64,000 nt of DNA from Iphione sp. A-MEVVRFRX5. Taxonomy: Eukaryota. The position numbers and the translations under genes are program-made. Each line of letters begins with the position of its first letter. Position 1 is the first letter of the stretch. This document shows, in pieces, positions 27,101 to 38,300 of the stretch. The stretch covers positions 160,208,001 through 160,272,000 of the forward strand of contig OZ320313.1 of assembly GCA_976226885.1 (NCBI GenBank), in the 5' to 3' direction. The notes under the pieces were generated by a model. The model was not told the DNA's origin and did not search any database. It saw nothing but the letters and a program-made list of their open reading frames with translations.

Positions 27101-29443
27101 GGCCCTAGGCCACTATTTGAAATCCGAATTTTCCCAAATCCGAACGATTTCGGCCAAAACGGCGATCGTTCGGATCTGGAGTATTGACTCTGCCTCCCTT
27201 GGACTACCCGTTCTGGGTCCGCCTCTGATGTGTGTGTTACGTTTCCACTTTTTATGTTCAGAGCAACTTAATAAAACTGACCAGCACCTTACAAATGTAC
27301 TTTGAACTAAAATGGTTGCATGTAGTGCCGTATTAAACACGCACATGCATATGGTTGTGTTAACCCTAAATCTACTCATACACTGATATGAATATACATG
27401 TACTTATACAGTTACTCATGGAACTTTGTCTTACGATATATAACTGTCGGTTTTGAAGTTTAGGTCTAGTTTTCGAAGGAAATCACATGCGCCTATATTT
27501 CTCATCAATCTTACACCTTCGCTACCGATGTGTATGTAATATACTTAAGTAATTTGCATCACAGCTGATGTAATCAGTTTAACCTGTTATTCTGTCATTT
27601 CCACTTTTTCCTTTCTTCTCTTACTGTAGACTCTAGTTTTGAAGCTTTTGTCAATCCAATCCCTTAAGCTATTCTCATAGCAAGGCGGAGAAATGTGCTT
27701 TTTTGGCTTTTTCTGGGATGAAAATTAGATAGTACTTTTACAATCACTAGCGGCGTGTGGTGGGGAATGAGATGATAGGATGATTCTGCTTGCGCATGGC
27801 TTTCCTTGCCTCATCTGTCCTTCCCCGCTTCTCTTCCCGCACCTGCCAGCGACTGGAGACGCTGATGGCCCCCGCCCCAGGGCCACCCCCTCCAGGAGCC
27901 CATCCTCCGGGAGTGGACTTGCCCCCGCCTCTGCCCCGGCGAAACAAGCCTCACCCAAAGGATAGTCCAGTTGCAGGGAGACCACTGCCAAACCCTTTGC
28001 AAAATCAAGACAAGGTGATAGAAAACATAATATTTTATGCCTACTTGGTCAAATGCACTATCCACCGGGAAAATTGTCGAACAAGACAAAAACGAAGCTC
28101 TGCATTTCAAATGACACACCAGAACTACTAATACGTACATCTACACGTACAGGTATCAGACAGCTACGGTGCCACAGGATATTCTACATGAAAAACTAAT
28201 GAACAAGGCTGACTTAGAAACATCCTTTTTCTGAGAGGCACTGTCCGACCAGTCACAGTGAGAACTCCTATGTTCATAGGCCTATAAACACCATATTTCT
28301 ATATTCTCATTTTGAATGGTTATCGCTCTGACCTCTTTTGGCAAAAGCAGCAGCATTTCTTCCACGTAAGTCCTTTTTCAACAGACCCGAAGTTGACGAA
28401 TGGAAATTTATTGTTCAGTCAATATAATATATTATGTGATGAATTCTTCATGTCCTACACATCAGTTAAAAGACTTATAATTGGCAGAACTGAAATTGTA
28501 GGAATGTACAGTTTTGTATGCTTATCTTAAAAGGTACATGTGTAATACTTTTACCGACAATTTTCAAGGAATTATACGGTAGGGTTCTGAAGATAGAGTT
28601 TTAAATCATGGTGAAATCATCACTAACTTGTGAGACTCTTCCACACCGTGCTCAGCAATATACAATAATTACATGTATTGACAAGTGTATGGAAATTGTC
28701 ATTAGGATGGCTGAGTGTTAAAAGAACCACATCAAGAGGTTGAATTATCCAAGTCTTTTCTCTGTTCAACAATGAAGGGATAATTTGGTGATAAATTATA
28801 AAACATGTACATGTTCTGCATTTACCCAAAAGATCAATGTTGTGCATTTCATCTCATTTCCTTTTTCCTTTTTTGTCAACCTCCAAAGAATAATTCACTG
28901 TTTATATACATGTGCCGTGCGTAACCTGTGCACAGAATACACTGTAGACAAAGTCTTTCCTGTCTCGATGACTTGAACAGCTTTTTTATATAACGATACA
29001 GAAGTAATATAATATGTAAAAAGTGCTCTCCTGGATAGGAAATAATTAAGTCTCTGTTTTCTTCGTTCACACACGACGTAGATTTCCATTTTTAGTCAAA
29101 ATAACCACGTTTCTTTCACACAGACTTCTATTTTTGTACCGATGTATGAGCCTGTATTTCGTGTTTGTGACTACTAACTCGTATGCATACAATGCGCTTT
29201 TTCTTCACCCCACGCTTCAATGTTTTGCCTATGCATTTTATAAACAAAGCTTCATCCCAATTTGCAATTTGGACACAGGTTCGGCAGATGTTTAACTACC
29301 CCTTTACTTTCATGTCCTCTCCATTATTATTACAGAGCCGGAACCAAGATAGTCTCCTGAATAAAGCGGCCCTGGACAGACGGGTTAAACTGTCTACAAC
29401 TCGTCAACGAACACTGAAAGCTCCGCATGGTCCATCCAATTGA
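177..29443 (+). CDS. Unconventional myosin of the MYO3/MYO16/MYO28 group with SH2-containing tail (class-28-like), 5'-partial
   Basis: Hand-assembled exons, all GT-AG and phase-consistent: 177-242, 4023-4150, 4701-4803, 6705-6807, 7424-7580, 7788-7893, 8588-8707, 9950-10058, 11080-11300, 12003-12155, 12410-12526, 12915-13026, 13393-13457, 13590-13649, 13806-13925, 15216-15301, 16245-16340, 16788-16879, 17977-18131, 19893-20083, 20544-20633, 23217-23334, 23876-23983, 25531-25587, 26216-26287, 27850-28014, 29336-29443 (3078 nt, stop TGA). Motifs: [83 protein letters not shown]. The last four exons have no homology support and are less certain. Confidence 0.93.
2752..3996 (+). repeat. Direct repeat of about 105 bp (2752-2858 and 3893-3996)
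   Basis: Both copies read atacataaacatg...ccttttggagacgcgctggacatacaaat...caaatctgaactaacacgtgtacgagaactgtgacgag. Confidence 0.9.
4898..5062. mobile_element. Partial MITE with TA-CAGTAG end and internal GGACACC repeats
   Basis: Starts ta-cagtaggacttcccttgtggacacc and has several ggacac(c) units. The right TIR is not clearly preserved. Confidence 0.35.
5694..5825 (+). mobile_element. Possible SINE body fragment
   Basis: GGTATCGATAGCCTTCTCGCTTAGCAC resembles the conserved central segment of invertebrate SINEs (recalled from memory). No intact tRNA head is seen. Confidence 0.3.
16861..18008 (+). other. Single IQ motif split across two exons
   Basis: Spliced translation [16 protein letters not shown] matches IQxxxRGxxxR. 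Confidence 0.85.
20805..20926. repeat. Tandem duplication, 60 bp x2
   Basis: taaagggacactgctcagacccagttagagtacaatttggtgttcc(a/c)...ggggtctactc repeated with one mismatch. Confidence 0.9.
21039..21268. repeat. Perfect 28-bp inverted repeat (foldback/MITE-like)
   Basis: catcagccctgtactggaatatatacta (21039-21066) pairs with tagtatatattccagtacagggctgatg (21241-21268). Many extra CCAGTAC/GTACTGG units continue to about 21400. Confidence 0.8.
26727..27180. repeat. About 32-bp degenerate minisatellite flanked by direct repeats
   Basis: Units such as ttggcaattttcggacgattttgcctaaattt, about 6-7 copies over 26846-27060. Flanks aaccgaatttcccaaatccaaac (26751-26774) and aatccgaattttcccaaatccgaac (27121-27145). 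Confidence 0.75.
27850..28014 (+). other. Proline-rich tail exon of the myosin
   Basis: Pyrimidine-rich acceptor ...cttcccgcacctgccag, phase 0. Translation [55 protein letters not shown]. The donor GTGATA is weak. Confidence 0.7.
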
Positions 29444-32266
29444 AGTTCTAACCTCGCCCTTACTCTTCTATATTCAAAGTTGCATTCTAGGATTCTAGTT
29501 CATATGAGACACAATATTATACCACTACATGTATATCTTTGCCAAGGTGTGATGATACATCACAAAAACAAAAAAACTATTGTCGATGCTGGTGTCTGTT
29601 GCAGGAAGTGGAAACAACTGTTGAAATGAAAATCTCCTTCCCCGTAAGATAACCATGCATGAGAAGCGAAATACCCGTGAAATTTACATTCCAAATATAT
29701 ATAAAGGAGTATCTGTACATGTACTTCACTAACGAGGACGTCGATTCTCTGTTGGTTTGACGTTTTATTTTCATGCAGTCATAGAAATAGAGATACTGCA
29801 GTTCTTTTTATCGTATGTCCCCTATGACAAATTATAAATGGTTTATCGGTGTTTCTCATCTCAGCAAATACGTTGAGGAAACCCTTTACTCAACGCTAGG
29901 GATTTACCTTACATTTTATTACTACATGTACATGTACATGTGTTATCCCACGAAAGATATTTTCATTACCTGCGTAGATATTACGGGCGTTAACAATACC
30001 GAAACAGAGAAAGATATCCCAGCCTTACCAAGATGTTACTATTTAAAAGGCACGCCAGCTGTGCATAATGTAGTATAAGACTCCTTGTTGATGCAGCATG
30101 ACGAAAGGTCACGTCCAAAAGTCTTCAAGTTCAACAAGGATATGGAATTTTTTATGGGGTGGGGGGCATCTTATTAGCCTGCTCTCCATAAATACTTTCA
30201 AAATCACTGTATGTAAAGTTTTAAAGAAGTCTTAATGTAACCATCTTCCAATGATTCGGAATTTTCTCGGTGAATATTAGGAAGACTTTCTAACGATGTT
30301 AATTACTCAAGTGATTCAAATTTCAGATTCCCAATCTCAAAGATTGTCATGAATTTTACCACTGTAGGCATTTATACTTTTGCATCACAGCTTGTATTTT
30401 TTATTGTGCTGCACTAAAGGAACCATGTGTATTAGAGTCGTATTTATGCAGAAGATAAAATTTAGTTGAGCATAATCGTATTTGGGAAAACTCGAAGATA
30501 ATTTTCAACTGAATGAGTCATACGAAAAAATGGTGCTCATCGTGAATGTAAATTAGACAGAAAAATTTCTATCGGAGAAAAGACTAGACCTCTATGTACT
30601 TACATTAGTTCCTGGATTTTACATGGTGAATTGTCAGTTTGGAAATTGGCAATAAACGGGATATCTTACATTGCATGTAGTTTTATGTACTCGCCCCATG
30701 TACGTCATCCAATTTAAATGTTTCATAATAAAACAATAGGTGAACCCATTAATTCATGTTTATACGTAGGCTTTTCGGGCGTTGGGTTGCTATTCAATAC
30801 GACAAAAAAGAGCTCTGTTTCAAGTAAGTTTATTTACGCTTTGGTTCTGCATAAGCGCATCAAGAATAACAAAAGAATACGCTTTCTATCATGACCTATT
30901 TCACGACCATCTTTAAAAAAAAAACGTCAACACACGCAATTGTCACAAAACTTGTTCTAACATTTCATATATTCAAGACACTGGCGCCAAGGCCTGTATT
31001 ACAAAATATACACGTCAAGATACACATCGGAAATCGAAGTATTCTGCTCATGTTCTCAGCCGCTCCAGCCTTTCAAGTGCTATGCCCCTTTTCTCATTGT
31101 GGCGCGGCAACTGACAATGGATAACTTATTTCGTGGCATTCGGAACGAAAGATGCTTCTCACTCTTGAGGCCTTAAATGGAGGGGCTCACCAGTCATTTC
31201 TGTTCAAATAAAACAGAATACATGCATGATCCGTGTCTTTGGCTTGCGTTTGCGGAAAAAAAACACTAAAATTAGTAATAGTTCTACGAATTTCCAACTA
31301 CACACGCTGCATTCTTAAGGAGATAATCCAGCGCGAGCTGTTGAAGAAAAACTGATTGCACTGAAAACACCAGAGATCCAACTTCACCATGGGCAGCTGC
31401 GCGTTTATATCTATACCGTTTCAACTTCGGGAGAGGGGGTATCATTTCCAAACCTGCCTTGGAGCATTCGCTAACTGTTCCAAGCGAAGACTGCTTCATG
31501 AATGACCCTGCTCGTGTTAGTCCTTATAAACATGCCGGGCTTTGTGTGCTCCGTTTTACTCTAGCGAATCTAGAGGCAAGCTCGGGGATACCAGCGTACA
31601 GCAGAAAAGAAAAACTTTCGTAACGTCTTGTTTTCTTGTTACAAAATTGTCTTTTTTTCCTCGATAATACAAGCTGTGGTGTGCAGTCTGTTCCATCGAT
31701 AGATTTTTTTTAATTCACAATGTGGATGTTTGCTGACTGTGTTCTGTTTTGATTGCTACTCGAATAAGCTAGGGTTGAAGACCAGTGTCCTCAATAAACC
31801 TTTACCTTTAGGTCTTAACAAATAAATATTAAGAGGGTTGTTAAGGGATCACCACCATTACGTTCAAGGATCGGGATGAAGCTGATGGTCGCTAGAATGA
31901 CATCGTCAGATCAAACAGAACTTTAATGGATTATAATATCAGCAAAAAAAAGGAGAAGATATGTTGAGAATGGCAGACAGTACTGGACCAGACGCATCAC
32001 ATGAATTCACTTCTACAAAAACTTGGCGGGGGGAGGGGAGGGGGGAAAGTAAACGAAAGCATCTACTTTTGCGGCCGTTGCCACGAAGTTCAAAACAAGT
32101 GACTTTACTATTCAACACGAACTGCATTCATAAGGCTTACAAAACTATAACTGAAAGTTCCACAAGACCCGATGATCATTTCAACCTTCTTAAAATGCTT
32201 TAAAATAACTTGACGTTTACATTACTAGATTACATGAAATTACCAGGGAAATGTGATCATGGCTTT

Positions 32267-32457
32267 GTACCAGGATGTGGACACAGACGTCTGAGATATA
32301 GTACAGGTGGCGCCACTGCAGTCAACCCGACCACAGTGACTACTGAATTAAAAACTGTGTGTGTGTGGGGGGGGGGGGGGGCGGGGGGGGGGAGGTTGAC
32401 AGCAGTGGCCCCACCTGTACTATTTCTCAAGGAGATACCTTGTGTCCACCCCGGTAC
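32267..32457. mobile_element. Palindromic MITE-like element (about 60-bp imperfect arms around a poly-G core)
   Basis: Left arm gtaccaggatgtggacaca...gagatatagtacaggtggcgccactgcagtcaaccc is the reverse complement of right arm ggttgacagcagtggccccacctgtactatttctc...tgtgtccacccccggtac. Confidence 0.7.
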
Positions 32458-35131
32458 TATAGTTTAAATTTAAGACGTAACTGTTCTCTCACTTGGGTGC
32501 CCATTTTGACACCAAATAATGAATAAATGTATTTAGTAAATATGTGAAATACCTAAATCAATGGAGGGGGAAGGGGTGGGTGAAGGAGATTTGTTTGGAA
32601 AGTTTGGCAAACAGACTTGTCTCCGTCCCGGTCGTCGATACACCTTGTGGTAAGTTCGCAGGCACTCTAAGCATCTTTCATACCATTACAAGGAAACACT
32701 CGAAATGACCAACCTGTCAGTTATTAGTAGTTAAAGGGCTTTTGTCTTGTACTCTTATTCATATTCCAACGCTCATATGAAGTCCACATAAGAACCTACT
32801 CCAAGTCATCCACACGGAAAGCTAAGAGCGTTCTTCTCCAAATATAGAGCTAACTTTGTGGATTGCTTCTCGAGTTGATCGATGTATATACAGATTGTCG
32901 AGCTGATGTTACTTCGGTGAACAGAATATATATATAGATGAATCTATTACACTTAATGTCTATCGAAATATCAACAAAACAATGTGGTAACAACAACATA
33001 GGCATCATTATGGTAGCCCTTGTTTTACAGCAATGCCCTTTTGTTTTATACACCTTTTCTCATGGGAAAAAATTTATTTACAGGTTTTAAATAGTAACGA
33101 CTATGTTTCTTCGGAGTCAACAATATAACCTTTCTTCGTCTTTAGTTTATACCCATAGCATCCTGATATTCCCGCAACCTAATAATTTGAGTCCCCTAAT
33201 AAGCGCTTTCACAATGAATTCGTCTAGCAGACAGCAGGTGTTAAACGTTCATATGACCAAAGACTATCGGCATCCTAATGACTAAACAATAAAGAAAATT
33301 CCTCAAACATACTGAAGACTATGTGCCACACTAACACACATTTACACAGACATAAATGTGTGATATTGACTTATGGAACCCTGCAGTGTCTGTTACTAAA
33401 GGCCTAGTCAGAGGTATAACACACTAAAATCACTTGACTGATTAAACATGGGAGAAAGCCAGGGTAAGATCTAGTATAAAAACAACCCTCCGTTTTGACC
33501 GTTTGGTTATGAGAATCGAATAACGACTCAGGATGACTGTTCCCATAAAAACGCTTTATAGTACGTCCTCCGAACGGGTCTAGTCTATTGTGTCACAATG
33601 TTCTCCATATTCTCCAGCCTTGTCAGCTGATGATGATAAAGCGACCGTGTGTCTGCAGGTATTGTCTTTCAGAAAAAGGTATAAAAAATAACTGTAGTGG
33701 TGCGCACGGACTGAAAAGGAAAAACTACGACATGTTTCCTTATTAACTGCTAGAATCAAATCACCGATACTCTACCGTGGACAGAAAAAGAGCCAACTAA
33801 ATCAACGTATTTAACAGACAGGGCCCACTGACTACCATACCCATGTTCATTGGTGACTACATACTAGCTAGTGACATCGGAAAATACCCCTCTTACAAAA
33901 TAACAATACCAAGTAAGGTTGCTAAATACTGCTAAGACACCACAAATCACACTCTTCACTTGATAAAACAAAGCATTCTACGTTAATGGTCCTGGACTTT
34001 TGTGTAATGTGTGAATATGTATATATTTATACTAATGTACATAAATGTATGCAGTGGCATAATTTAAATACATATATACACACAGTATCTTACCATGACA
34101 ACTTATTAATACAGGGTGTTGGAAGGAATATTTTACAAGGTATTACAGCAAATGAAGAATTCGCACATGCTACACTACACTCGCGTACAAGAATAGGAAA
34201 TCTAAAAGTCATACTCCAAATGTAAGTCACAAGAATGTAAATGTATACAAAATAGGTCCCAGCGATAGTTTGTCTTTGATGGAAAAAAAAGTAAAACTCA
34301 AAAGTTGATGGAATCAGCTAATGTACGCTCCTCATAAAATACGCGATCGGTTCATATTTACACAGCATGTACAGGAGATATACATCACATCAAAAGAAGC
34401 GTAAGTGCGGCGGCCAGTTGCCAGTCTTAACCTAAAGCCCTGGGCGCTAGAAGGCAAGCACATCCGCTACCAATTCAATATTCCAAGCTAAACACAAAGT
34501 ACAGGGAGGTCACACAAGACAGAGATCTTGTACATAATGCCATGCGACTAATACGGAGGAGAGAGACGTACGTATGAGGCTACTGCCGTCCCTCCTGCAT
34601 GACACACAAAGAAACTCCTCTCCTGGGAAGCAGATCAACTGGCGCTACAAAACACAATTGGCCGACGCTGTGCCACTGTGCAAAGCCACGGCCGGCGAGC
34701 ACATGTATCTATCAGGAAGAGGGGGTTGGGGGGCACTTGACGTTTGGAAGAATGTCATCTCATCAGTTCAGACGGGTGGTTAGGTAACAAAAATAGGAAG
34801 CTTCTGGTGAGTGAGTGGGGAACCGTTCGGTCGCTATATCGGCTCGTCGGGGAGCCAAACGTGGACGACATCTGGGGGACACGACACGAACCAACCACAG
34901 ATCCGGCTATTCACGTGGTCCATAGTAATGTGTTTGTGTGTGCGTGTGTGTTCTACTCCTTAGGTGGCGCGAACAGCCTTCAACATCTTATAAAACTATA
35001 AACAGTCGGTATCTTCTTCGTACAATATACTGATCCTCTATTTTATACCATAGCAATCTGAAAATTGAAAATAAAATGGGAACATTAACGACGGTAAAAC
35101 TCTATAGACAGGATTGATTTTCGGAATGACA

Positions 35132-35133
<2 letters not shown>

Positions 35134-35186
<53 letters not shown>
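35134..35186. repeat. (TA)n microsatellite
   Basis: Uninterrupted TA run. Confidence 0.95.
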
Positions 35187-35190
<4 letters not shown>

Positions 35191-35235
35191 CAGTAATACA
35201 GCACCATACATAAATGTTTAGCAAGACAAAGAGCT

Positions 35236-35241
35236 TTTATT
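35236..35241 (-). promoter_or_regulatory. Candidate polyadenylation signal for CERT
   Basis: TTTATT on plus (AATAAA on minus), about 135 nt downstream of the CERT stop. More distal signals could be used instead. Confidence 0.4.
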
Positions 35242-35375
35242 TATCTTGTAATCGCCCGTGCTACCTTTGGTCCTCTGACTCTCCTTACACGTCGCGTGAT
35301 ACATAGCATATATGATCATACAGGGACCATTATATTCGGTAAGGATAATGTGCGACCTGCCACGTATAGACCAAC

Positions 35376-38300
35376 CTAAAACATAATTGGCTTGTCAGAA
35401 GTTTTCTCCAGGACGTAAGACGTGAACGTTTTCAGGAACTTGGGCAGCTCCCTCTTTGAGATGACACGGATGACTGACGCTGGTGCCCAACCCCCTGGGT
35501 TGACTGTAAGCAAGAGCAGGAACGATCGACATTCAGCACCGATGATGCCATGTTACTACGAGTAAGGGGGAGGGGAAAAAAGATCTGTGTGCGAGACGAG
35601 CTCAGATGTTCAAAGTCTGTTTCTAAAACCATAGAAAAAAATGTTTCTACGAGACTAGAATGAATACAAATGTATTAAAAACGGTACATAAACAATGTAT
35701 ATGATATGTATCTTCTGCTCCGTGAAAGGAAATACAAGTGCACATGTGCTGTCGACGTCACCCCCCCCCCTGCTTGTATTGACAGATTATCGTAGCTCCA
35801 GCCTGTGATCTGGGGAGGACTTACCATTGGCCGAGTACTGGATCCGACAGGTGAGGTTCTCCCGGGTGATCTCCTGCCCATTCTCTGGTGGTTTTACTAC
35901 CGTCTGACAGATCATGGCTACGTTGAAGCGGATCCGCACACATTTGTTGACCTGCCAAAAGAGTGGGTCAGCGTCTAAAGCATGGTGGAATGTGGTGATG
36001 CTGTTCTGTGGTGCTTTTAGGTTACATTTTATATATTATGTTGTTGAAAGGGGGGAATACATCACTGCAGGAATGCCTGGGATACAGACTGTGCACGGTA
36101 AGGTGNNNNNNNNNNNNNNNNNNNNNNNNNNNNNNNNNNNNNNNNNNNNNNNNNNNNNNNNNNNNNNNNNNNNNNNNNNNNNNNNNNNNNNNNNNNNNNN
36201 NNNNNNNNNNNNNNNNNNNNNNNNNNNNNNNNNNNNNNNNNNNNNNNNNNNNNNNNNNNNNNNNNNNNNNNNNNNNNNNNNNNNNNNNNNNNNNNNNNNN
36301 NNNNNNNNNNNNNNNNNNNNNNNNNNNNNNNNNNNNNNNNNNNNNNNNNNNNNNNNNNNNNNNNNNNNNTTGAGCCATGCGTAGGACACCTAGCTTGTAA
36401 CTGGCTAATTTTGGTGTCTCCCATGGTTTGGTCTTATTAGACATACTCTACATAGAAGGAAATTTATGATTTGGTCTTAAATATCTTTCTTGTATCTTCC
36501 ACAATGTGGTCTCCTCTGCTAGTTGGTCTTTCACTGAGTTCTCACGGTATTACCACTTACGCAATACACTATGTGCTATATATTACGTGCTAAAAGAGAC
36601 TGGAGACCCTCACAGTCTTTCTTCAAATTAAAAACGTTTCTGCACGTTGTCACTTTCTAAGACATCTTTTAATATTATCGTCCGACGATCATTCAACTCA
36701 CCGGGCAGTCGTCGTGTTCGGCCGAGTGGTTGACGACGATCCAGTAGTCGGGACCTTCGTCGTCCTCGCTCGGACAGTGGCGGATGGTGGACCAGAAGAG
36801 CGAGTCGCGCTGCGTGGCAGGCCACACCCGCTTGAAGGTCTGGTGAGTGATCATGGTGTCCTTCGAGAGCCACTCGATCACTGTGGAGCCCTCAATGGTG
36901 CCTGATGACAGTGGAGAGTCGACAGTTAGATGCGTCTAAGCCGGCTGAACAACTGACCACGTACAGTGGAACCTTTCTACTATGGTCAGCAAAGGCAATG
37001 ACTCAAGTGTCCATAAAGACGAGTGTCCTTTATAGAGGGGGTATTTAAACATGCTTGTATAGATTCGGTTCTGTTTCCAGCCTGTTCATAATAGGTGTCC
37101 TTTGTGGAGGGTATCCTTAGTAGAGGGAGTCCACTATACTTTGATATATTTGAGTAGACAGTCCGCAAATAGACACGTCAAGTCGTGCTAGATAACAAAC
37201 TATAGGTTTTAAAACCAGTGAAACGTCAACAAATTTAGTATCGTAGGTTTAGCACTGACAGTCGCGTTATGTGTGTGTAATAAAATTTTCATTTGGACTA
37301 AGGAGATTGGAATACCAGTATATCTTTCTGAAGCCTAAAACTGGGCTGAACAGTAAATTTAAAAAAACTGTCAAGATAACTCTTATTACCAACTATAACA
37401 CTTTAAGCAATCAATCAACAACAGAGACAACGAGAAGTTTACCTCGACGAACACCTACCAGCTACAAATATAACAATTACGATAAAAAATTGAAAATGAA
37501 AATCAAAGGGACACGTCATGGATATGGCTGCATATCGTACACGAGTACCTTCTATTTAAATGGAAAAGATGATGTCATTTGAGAAATTTAGTGACAAATT
37601 TGAGAAATTTAGTGACAGAAAACAATAAATCGATAATTTCATTTAAACTTCTCTCACCTTCCCATTCCATGCGATACGTGGGGTCCCAGAAGTAATGGCA
37701 CAGCTCGTGGCCCGTTATACCCTACAAACCAAACACACAATGAAAACTTATCTAAACGTGAAGATCTGCTACAACTTTCATTATGCTAAGTCGCTTCATC
37801 TCCATGTGGCTTAAAATGATATGTATGTTTGTTTGTTTGTGTGTGTTTGTGTGCGCGTGCGTGTGTGTGTGCGTATATGTGTGTGTGACCCCCCCCCCTC
37901 CCTGGCTGGAGTGGCGCCACCTGTACTATTATCCGGTAGACACCTTGTGTCCACCCCTGGTAGTAAAATCCCCACCCGGGGGGGGGGGGGGGGTGACAGC
38001 GGATTCCATAACGACAGAATTAATTTTTCACAGCAAGTTTCAAGAAGTATTGCAAGCTACATATATACATCATAGAATAAATGATAAAAGAGCAAACTAC
38101 TGTTTTTTTCGGGGGGGCGAGGAGGTTGGGGAGGATCCAAGGAAGCTTTAGCAAGTGTCCGCCTATCTGCATAGGCCTTTATATACATGTATGTATATTA
38201 TATATACAACATTGGTGTCTGAGAAAACTGCTCACTCACCTTAATGGTGTGGACCGCCTTGAGTGGGTCGACAATAATTCCATCCTCCTCCATCTCGATC

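Noticed and set aside
35914-36444. ORFs of 117-156 aa spanning N runs (also 59459-59955)
   Set aside because: Their length comes from X codons in assembly gaps.
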